Source: Mobula hypostoma
Lineage: Eukaryota
Assembly (NCBI RefSeq): GCF_963921235.1
Contig: NC_086097.1
Coordinates: 228,162,001 to 228,226,000, forward strand
DNA: 64,000 bases
Direction of reading: 5' to 3'
A model generated the notes under the pieces. The model was not told the DNA's origin, ran no database searches, and saw nothing but the letters and a program-made list of their open reading frames with translations. Positions 54,284-64,000 of this stretch are shown piece after piece. Position numbers and translations under genes: made by a program. Position 1 is the stretch's first letter, and every line of letters starts with the position of its first letter.

Positions 54284-57200
54284 CTATCAAAGGTGGATTG
54301 GAGTGAATGGGCCACATCTATTGTTCCAACAATGAAGAAAACCTCCAGCACAAAACCAGGAAAATCAAGCAAGGTGCACATATGTGGTGACTTTAAAGTG
54401 ACTGTTAAACCAGTTCTCCGCACAGTACAGTATCCTCTACCCCGTATTGAGGACATTTTTGCTCCCGTGTCAGGAGGGGAACATTTCATAATAATTGATT
54501 TGACCTAGGCTTACCTCCAAATGGAAATCAAGGAAGTATCCAAGAAATACCTGACAATAAATACACACAAAGTTGGTGTTTGGGATAGCATCAGTGCCTG
54601 CAATCTGGCAAAGAGCAATGGACCAGGTCCTACAGGGGATTCCAGGGACTCAGTGTTACCTGGATGACATCATTGCCACCGGCAAGGATGACAATGAACA
54701 TCTTTCTACGTTCCTGTGTCCTAAAACAAGTGCTCACCAGGTTAGGAGAATATGGGCTCAGAGCTAATCGACAGAAATGTGAGTTTTTCAAAAAGGAAAT
54801 CTCATACTGTGGGCATATGATCAACAAGAATGGCTTACACATGTCTCAAGACAAGATAGAAGCAGTGCTTAAGGCACCACCACCTAAAAATGTGTCTCAG
54901 CTGAGAGCATATCTTGGTCTAGTGAACTACTACCACAAGTTCTTGCCTAACCGATCCACAGTCCTACACCCACTAAATGCACTATTACAGACAGGGACAC
55001 AATTGAAGTGGACTGAGAGCTGTGAGAAAGCGTTTCAAGAAACTAAAAGACTCATAACTTCAGAAGGGGTCCTCACGCACTTTGACCCCTCGTTACCTAT
55101 CCGACTAGCTTGTGATGCCTCGTCCCATGGGATAGGAGCTGTGTTATCGCACAAGTTTCCAGATGGCTCCAAAAGACCAATAGCCTTTGCTCAAGAACGC
55201 TAACTTCAGCTGAACGCAACTACACACAGATTGACAGAGAGGCCCTAAGCCTCGTGTGGGGAGTCAAGAAATTCAGTCACTACCTGTACGGACAAAAGTT
55301 TACTCTGTTGACTGACCCTCAGCCTCTTGTATCAATCTTCAACCCAAGGAAAGCTGTTCCAGTGATGACATCACAAAGGCTACAGAGATGGTCCTTTTTC
55401 TTAGGAGGTCACAGATACGACATCAAACACAAGGGTACCAAGCAACACAGCAATGCAGTTGGTTTGTCACGTTTACCACTGACCACTTCCGAGGTAACTA
55501 GGCAAATGGATTCAGCAGAGGTCTTTCACACAACAATAGTTGAACAATTACCAGTGACAAACAGCCTTATTGAAAGGGAAACATGCAATGACCCTACGTT
55601 GTCAAAAGTGTGTGACATCACAGTAAAGGGATGGCTAGCGCGGGATAACACACTGCTTCCAGCCTTCTCAGCGAGGAAGGAGCAGTTGTCAGTGTGTCAG
55701 GGAACACTGATGTATGGCTCACGAGTTGTGATTCCTCCCAAGCCTGGCACCAGAATGCTGGAGGAACTGCACGAGGGGCACCTGGGTATCGTGAAAATGA
55801 AAAGTCTTGCCCATGCCTATGTGTGGTTGCCAGGAATCGATAAACAGATTGAGAACTTGACCAAGAACTGCTCTGGATGTCAAAAGATCCAGAACACACC
55901 ACCACAAGCCCCCCTCCATCTACGGGAGTGGCCCTCATCACCATGGCAACAAGTGCACAACGACTTTGCTGGACCATTCATGGACTCTTTTCTTTTTAAA
56001 TCGCCGTCAATGCACATTCCAAGTGGCCAGAGGTCATTAAATTGAAGTCAACCATATCAGAAAAGACCATTACAGTTCTGAGGACCATGTTCGCCGGGAA
56101 TGGCATACCAGAACAAATCTGCACAGACAATGGACGACAATTTGTCTCTGAAGAATTCCAAAATTTTATGAAGAACAAAGGAATCAAGCACTTTACATCT
56201 GCCCCTTATCATCCATCCACAAATGGCTTGGCAGAAAGATTTGTACAGACATTCAAGAAAGCCATAAAGGCAATGGACAGCGAAAATCGACCACTGTAAC
56301 ACAAGATAGACAACTTCCTCCTTGTCTATCGTAATGCAGTACACGCAACCACTAATCAGACTCCAGCGATGATGTTTCTGAACAGGCACCTGAGGTCCCA
56401 CATGGATCCCCTCAAACCAGATGTACGGCATGATGTGGAAAACAGACAGTTCAAATACTTGAATTACCAGAGTCTACCAATCAACTGTTGAACGTGTTGA
56501 ACTGTTGAATCAACGTGTTGAATTACCAACCAACACAGAGCTTCAGTGTGGGACAGTCAGTTCTTGCATGTGATTACTGGACTGAAAAGTGGCAGCCGGC
56601 TACAATTTCCGCCATAGACAGACCACAGATGTGGGAGAGAACATATGGAGACGTCATGTGGACCAAATCCTGGATACTCAGGTGGAAAAACACAACTACA
56701 CCTTGCCCTGACTCCCTGGACATTGAAACAAACACTCCTGATGTGACTACATCAGCCTCATCCACAGATAAGCCTGTCATCAGTGCTGAGAACCCAACTG
56801 ATGTACCTGTGGAGACTATTTCCCCAAAGCAAATGTTTCAGGGCAGATGTTACCCAGAGAGGCAGAGAAGACACCCCCCCCGCCCCCCGGAAACTTGAGT
56901 TATAATGATTATGATTATTATTACTACATTACTTGATTATAATTTGATATTATTAAATTACTAAGTAAACAACTTTTAAGTGTAGTATGTTAAGGGTACA
57001 CATATTTGTTTAGCGTAGTGCCCCCAGTAAAAAACTGTTGATATTCTATTAAAATAAAAGGGGAGGAGTGTACCATCTAACCTACTGTATAATATAGGAC
57101 TACTTTATGTTGTACTAATACATTGTATTGAGCATGCGCTATTAGGCGCATATTGATCTGTACGCGTGTGTTCAGTTCAGTTTTAGTTAGTAAAGAACCC

Positions 57201-58308
57201 TGTTGATTTAGCTCCCGTCTCCAGCGTTTTTATCAATGATATTGTTGTGTAAACTGGCTACATACACAACAGGAATTTATCAATTCCTTAATATAGCACT
57301 TGTGTGATCCATTCGATCTTGATGCTGACATTCCTTTTGTTCCGTCCCCCCTCTCCCTGTCCGCAACTTCAAGCAGAGTAACGCACACCAAGTGCTGGAG
57401 GAACTCAGCAGGTCAGGCAGCAAGAGCAACTGTTTATTCCTCTCCACAGATGCTGCTTAGCCTGTTGAGTCCCTCCAGCATTTTGTGCGTGTTACTCTTG
57501 AGTGTGCAACTTGAAGCATTTTTGTTTACTACTGTTCCAGCTCTGCAGAAAGGTCGTTGGCACAAAATATCAGTTGTTTCTTCCTCCACAGATGCTGCCT
57601 AACCTGCTGAGTATTTCCAGCATTTCCTGTATTATTTCAAATTTCTAACATTTACCAATTTTTCTCAAGGTATTGTTTTAGCTTTTGTGAATTTCAAGAT
57701 ATTTATCATATCTGGCCAATCTATTTAAACAGGGTTTAATGATAAAATAACATTACATTAAACCTGCAGGCAAATCATGAGATTAATGGTACCTTGTAAT
57801 TAACAGTCACTAAGTCTAAGTTTTCAGAAACTTTGGCATTACTGCAAGTCTTTTATCTGGCATCCTGAGATTGATGCATTAATGAAAGCCGTGGGAAGCA
57901 TTCACATGACCGTTCTCCACTCCTCAATGAACAAAGAACGGGCTTCATTTAATCCAAACTAACATTCACATTAAATTAATATAACATATTCTAACTACAG
58001 GAATCTGACATTTTTGATACCTTAATTACCATCAATTGAAAAGTTCACAATTTTAGGCACATAAATCATCCTGCCTATGTCTTTTAGTTATTTATGCATC
58101 ATTGTTTAATATTACATAAACAAGGGAGTCGGTATCAATCATTTCAAATGTATTATCATTTGGCAATGGAGAATACTTTGAAGAGTGAAGCAGGTCCTGA
58201 TTAGAGTCAGTACTATCTGTTGCCGTTTAATACTGAATAATATCTCTAATAAACTTTAGGCATAACATGCTTTTTGTTTTTCCATTCCATATGCCTCATA
58301 CAGCTGAT

Positions 58309-61214
58309 GAAACATAGAAACATAGAAACATAGAAACATAGAAAATAGGTGCAGGAGTAGGCCATTCGGCCCTTCGAGCCTGCACCGCCATTTATTATGA
58401 TCATGGCTGATCATCCAACTCAGAACCCAGCCTTCCCTCCATACCCCCTGACCCCTGTAGCCACAAGGGCCATATCTAACTTCCTTTTAAACATAGCTAA
58501 TGAACTGGCCTCAACAGTTTGCTGTGGCAGAGAATTCCACAGATTCACCACTCTCTGTGTGAAGAAGTTTTTCCTAACCTCGGTCCTAAAAGGCTTCCCC
58601 TCTATCCTCAAACTGTGACCCCTCGTTCTAGACCTCCCCAACATCGGGAACAATCTTCCTGCATCTAGCCTGTCCAATCCCTTTAGGATCTTATACGTTT
58701 CAATCAGATCCCCCCTCAATCTTCTAAATTCCAACGAGTACAAGCCCAGTTCATCCAGTCTTTCTTCATATGAAAGACCTGCCATCCCAGGAATCAATCT
58801 GGTGAACCTTCTTTGTACTCCCTCTATGGCAAAGATGTCTTTCCTCAGATTAGGGGACCAAAACTGCACACAATACTCCAGGTGTGGTCTCACCAAGGCC
58901 TTGTACAACTGCAGTAGTACCTCCCTGCTCCTGTACTTGAATCCTCTCGCTATAAATGCCAGCATACCGTTCGCCTTTTTCACCGCCTGCTGTACCTGCA
59001 TGCCCACTTTCAATGACTGGTGTATAATGACACCCAGGTCTCGTTGCACCTCCCCTTTTCCTAATCGGCCACCATTCAGATAATAATCTGTTTTCCTATT
59101 TTTGCCACCAAAGTGGATAACTTCACATTTATCCACATTAAATTGCATCTGCCATGAGTTTGCCCACTCACCCAACCTATCCAAGTCACCCTGCATCCTC
59201 TTAGCATCCTCCTCACTGCTAACACTGCCACCCAGCTTCGTGTCATCCGCAAACTTGGAGATGCTGCATTTAATTCCCTCATCCAAGTCATTAATATATA
59301 TTGTAAACAACTGGGGTCCCAGCACTGAGCCTTGCGGTACCCCACTAGTCACCGCCTGCCATTCTGAAAAGGTCCCGTTTATTCCCACTCTTTGCTTCCT
59401 GTCTGCTAACCAATTCTCCACCCACACCAATACCTTACCCCCAATACCGTGTGCTTTAAGTTTGCACACTAATCTCCTATGTGGGACCTTGTCAAAAGCC
59501 TTTTGAAAATCCAAATATACCACATCCACTGGTTCTCCCCTATCCACTCTACTAGTTACATCCTCAAAAAATTCTATGAGATTCGTCAGACATGATTTTC
59601 CTTTCACAAATCCATGCTGACTTTGTCCGATCATTTCACCGCTTTCCAAATGTGCTGTTATCACATCCTTGATAACTGACTCCAGCAGTTTCCCCACCAC
59701 CGACGTTAGGCTAACCGGCCTATAATTCCCCGGTTTCTCTCTCCCTCCTTTTTTAAAAAGTGGGGTTACATTAGCCACCCTCCAATCCTCAGGAACTAGT
59801 CCAGAATCTAACGAGTTTTGAAAAATTATCACTAATGCATCCACTATTTCTTGGGCCACTTCCTTAAGCACTCTGGGATGCAGACCATCTGGCCCTGGGG
59901 ATTTATCTGCCTTCAATCCCTTCAATTTACCTAACACCACTTCCCTACTAACATGTATTTCGCTCAGTTCCTCCATCTCACTGGACCCTCTGTCCCTTAC
60001 TATTTCTGGAAGATTATTTATGTCCTCCTTAGTGAAAACAGAACCAAAGTAATTATTCAATTGGTCTGCCATGTCCTTGCTCCCCATAATCAATTCACCT
60101 GTTTCTGTTTGCAGGGGACCTACATTTGTCTTTATCAGTCTTTTCCTTTTTACATATCTATAAAAGCTTTTACAGTCCGTTTTTATGTTCTCTGCCAGTT
60201 TTCTCTCATAATCTTTTTTCCCCTTCCTAATTAAGCCCTTTGTCCTCCTCTGCTGAACTCTGAATTTCTCCCAGTCCTCAGGTGAGCCACTTTCTCTGGC
60301 TAATTTGTATGCTACTTCTTTGGAATTGATACTATCCCTAATTTCTCTTGTCAGCCACGGGTGCACTACCTTCCTTGATTTATTCTTTTGCCAAACTGGG
60401 ATGAACAATTGTTGTAGTTCATCCATGCAACCTTTAAATGCCTGCCATTGCATATCCACCGTCAATCCTTGAAGTGTCATTTGCCAGTCTATCTTAGCTA
60501 ATTCATGTCTCATACCTTCAAAGTTACCCCTCTTTAAGTTCAGAACCTTTGTTTCTGAATTAACTACGTCACTCTCCATGTTAATGAAGAATTCCACCAT
60601 ATTATGGTCACTCTTACCCAAGGGGCCTCTCACGACAAGATCGCTAATTAACCCTTCCTCATTGCTCAAAACCCAGTCCAGAATAGCCTGCTCTCTAGTC
60701 GGTTCCTCGACATGTTGGTTCAAAAAACCATCCCGCATACATTCCAAGAAATCCTCTTCCTCAGCACCTTTACCAATTTGGTTCACCCAGTCTACATGTA
60801 GATTGAAGTCACCCATTATAACTGCTGTTCCTTTATTGCACACATTTCTAATTTCCTGTTTAATACCATCTCCGACCTCACTACTACTGTTAGGTGGCCT
60901 GTACACAACTCCCACCAGCGTCTTCTGCCCCTTAGTGTTACGCAGCTCTACCCATATCGATTCCACATCTTCCCGGCTTATGTCCTTCCTTTCTATTGCG
61001 TTAATCTCTTTTTTAACCAGCAACGCCACCCCACCTCCCCTTCCTTCGTGTCTATCCCTCCTGAATATTGAATATCCCTGAACGTTGAGCTCCCATCCCT
61101 GGTCACCCTGGAGCCATGTCTCTGTGATCCCAACTATATCATAATCATTAATAACAATCTGCACTTTCAATTCATCCACCTTATTACGAATGCTCCTTGC
61201 ATTGACACATAAAG
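58309..61214 (-). mobile_element. Young 5'-truncated CR1 LINE with uninterrupted 919-aa ORF2 (APE-RT)
   Basis: ORF 58420-61179; near-identical to 14214-17111; (gaaacata)n tail. Confidence 0.97.
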
Positions 61215-62769
61215 GAGTTCTTCCTTCTCCTTTGATTGGAGGAAGCTAGAGCAAGCAGTGTTAATGTTCTGTAAAATAAAATTACATGAAATCTTCTTGC
61301 CACATAATGGTATTTTGGTATAACATCATCTCAATTTTTTTCGATAGTTTTGTTTATTCTGAAAATGCTTTCTTTCTGACTTCCATAGTTGTGTGTCTAT
61401 TCTTCTTTAAATGCTTCACAGGTTAAAGACAAGACAAATTCCATTTTTAAAAATCTTACTCTTACCTGGGACTTGAGGAGTGTTTTTTTTTGGAGCAGGT
61501 ATCATGCTGCATTGCTCAGCATTCATTTTCTGCTCCACTGCTCAACTTAAAAAAAATCATTGCATTACAAACGCCTGAAATTACAGCTTAATTCCAGTGC
61601 ATTGGGCACCAATGGGTTATCTGATTAATCAGTACATTTTTTAATGACTAGCAAATGAAAATGAAGAATGATAACGGAAACAAGGAGAATTCATTAAATT
61701 AGACAAAGAAATATTATAGAAAGGAAATGATAGATACGATCGAGAGAAAAGTAGTAGAAAATAAAGATGGGCTTTTGTCAACTTCAAATTTTTATATACA
61801 TTGGGAATAATTTACGCTTTCAGAAAAGGCCTTTGCCAGTACAAACTGGCTGAACAAAATTTTGGAAATGGCTGATATTTTTGCTCTCTGGTTCCAGATC
61901 AATAATTCTCTTGGAAATCCTCTCATTTATGACAGTGAGCATTGTGAAACTCACTGTTAGTTTGGCAGGAAATTGTGTTAGGATTGACACTGTCAAAATC
62001 AAGGCTAATAATAACTGTTGTGGTGGACTGAATAGTGGGAAAGTAGATTCTGAAGCTTGAAGAGAACCAGCTGCAAAATTAATTGGAAACCTTTGTCAAA
62101 AATAGACCTACAGATGAAAAATAGGATGCATTTAATTGATGGTGAAGGGTCTCAGCCTGAAATATCAACTCTTTATTCCCATCTATTGATGCTGCCTGAT
62201 CTGCTGAGCTTCTCCAGTATATTGTGTGTATTGCTCTAGATTTGTATCTATGCATTTCTGTCTATCACACAGAATGAGCACACAAAACACAAACAAGATA
62301 TAGACCACACCAAAAAATTGAAAAAACAGACTGGTAAGACTGAAATCAATGAGCATCAGTGGGGAAATATTCCATTGTCTGGAGTCATAAAGATGGTTAT
62401 GGTTTTTACATGTCAATTCGTCCAGTCATAAAACATCAATATAGGAATGTCACAGGACATTATCCCTGGCCCAATAAGCAGCTTCATCATGACATTTCTT
62501 CTGTCATAAGATCTGAAATGGAGATGTATGCTGGTCAAGAAGTACGCTGGACTTTGTCCATCAAAGTCGTAGCTCAGACATAGTTGTTTTTAAGATTCAT
62601 AGGGATGGTTTTGGGACCACTTACAAGCAGAATGCTGAAGCTTTATGGAATTATGCTTTATGAAAACAGCTTCAACAACAATCAAGAAGTTCAGCATTGT
62701 GTAGAACACAGCATCCATCTCAATTTGCACCCTATCCACCAACATGCACAAAATGCTGGAGGAATGGGT

Positions 62770-63040
62770 GGCATGGTGGCATAGTAGTTGGCAGAATGGT
62801 TTACAGTCCCAGCAACCTGGATTCAATTCTTGCCGCTGCCTGTAAGGATCTTCTATGTTCTCCCTTTGTCTGTGGGGGTTTCCTCCAGGTGCTCTGGCTT
62901 CCTCCCACAGTCCAAAGATGTACCAGTTGATAGGTTAATTGGTCATTGTAAATTGCCCTGGAACTAAATCGGAGAATTGTTGGGTGACACAGCTCGAAGG
63001 GCCAGAAAGGCCTATTCTGTGCTGTATCACAATAAATACA
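62770..63040 (+). mobile_element. tRNA-derived V-SINE-like element
   Basis: A/B-box-like head (ggtggcatagt..ggattcaattc), V-domain-like core, CR1-like tail gaagggccagaaaggcct. Confidence 0.75.
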
Positions 63041-63609
63041 TTCTTAAAGCACATTCAGCAGGTCAGAAAGCATCTATGGAGGGGAATAGACAGCTGACAT
63101 TTTGGGCCAAGACTCTTCATCAGGTTGATGTCTGAAACATTGACTGTTTATTCCCCTCCATAGACGCTGTCTGACTTGCTGAGTTCCTCCAGCATTAGGT
63201 GTGTGTGGCTCAAGATTTCCAGCATCTGCGGAATTTCTTGTGTTGATGACCCTACCTATCAACCTGAATGTTCATTCTCAATGTCATGTGTTGCGTCTTC
63301 AGAATGCACTGCAGTTACAAGTCAAGGGTATTCTGACAGCACCCTCTAAGCTGCATACTATTCTAATTTGGGAAGATATCACTAACCTACCCTGCAGTAT
63401 ACCTTTACCAGAAGGACTGTTGTGCTTTAAGAAGCACAAGATCACCTTCCAGGAGTATTTTGGGATTGGCAATAAATGCTGCCCTTAGTAGAGTCACCCA
63501 GACCTGATGAAATGAAACAAAAAATCTTCTCAGCCTGAGAAAACAAGATTGTAGAGAAAATTAGTTTATCGAGCAAGCTGGGAGAAATGTGTGAAAAGCA
63601 GGGAGACAA

Positions 63610-63850
63610 TCCATAAGACATAGGAGCAGAATTAGACCATTAAGCCCAGCAAGTCTGCTCCACCATTTGATCACGGCTGATTGATTATCGCTCTCAATCC
63701 ATTCGCCTATCTTCTCCCCAAAATCTTTGATGTCCTGACTGACCAAGAGCCTATCAACCTTTGCTTTAACTATGCCCAATGACTTGGCCTCCACAGCCAT
63801 CTGTGGCAATGAATTCCACAGATTTACCACCCACTGGCCAAAGAAATTCT
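63610..63850 (-). mobile_element. CR1 3' fragment
   Basis: VVNLWNSLPQMAVEAKSL; tail cataagacataggagcagaattag. Confidence 0.8.
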
Positions 63851-64000
63851 ACTGAGGGCAGAAAGAGAGATTAAAAAAAAGAACTTTAATAAACAGTCAA
63901 TTCATACAAGAAATAAAATGGATAAGACAATATCATTTAATCAGTATTATCTTACTTTAAATACCTCAGTTTTTTCAGCTCTCTCAGTTAAACTGTTTAT

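Larger units (their letters stand above)
47199..57271 (+). mobile_element. Full-structure Gypsy/Ty3 (Mag-like) LTR retrotransposon, decayed, with three nested insertions
   Basis: LTRs 47199-47404 and 57069-57271, TSD GGAAT, PBS 47408-47418, PPT 57051-57068; gag, PR (LDTGSA), RT (YLDD ~54657), RNase H (LACDAS), integrase (HEGH..CSGC, DFAGP, DNG, NGLAERFVQTFK). Confidence 0.97.

Noticed and set aside
61466..61546. Possible minus-strand exon (MNAEQCSMIPAPKKNTPQVP then gtaag)
   Set aside because: Good splice-like signals but no recognisable homology or partner exon; cannot be supported

Overview
Vertebrate genomic DNA, most likely from a cartilaginous fish (inferred from the CR1, V-SINE and Penelope-like repeat content), so most ORF-track entries are transposon debris. 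There is one clear host gene, a two-coding-exon cAMP-dependent protein kinase inhibitor (PKIA-type, + strand, CDS 22817-22967 joined to 26676-26755, 76 aa) with a long repeat-free 3' UTR. The standout object is a Gypsy/Ty3 LTR retroelement (18453-21844). Its RT-RNaseH-integrase region has been replaced by an intronless copy of the host SUDS3 (Sin3/HDAC corepressor subunit SDS3) mRNA, fused in frame to gag-protease. PBS, PPT and LTRs are retained and there is no poly(A) tail, an architecture resembling retroviral gag-onc transduction. A relative of the same family that still has a full pol (47199-57271, TSD GGAAT) defines both capture junctions and itself carries three nested insertions. Also present: two nearly identical young CR1 LINEs, Penelope-like fragments with minimal hammerhead ribozyme motifs, an inverted segmental duplication (about 40920-46620), and Rex/Babar, RTE, L1/Tx1, Tc1 and SINE fragments. 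All family and gene assignments are by eye and from memory; no searches were run.
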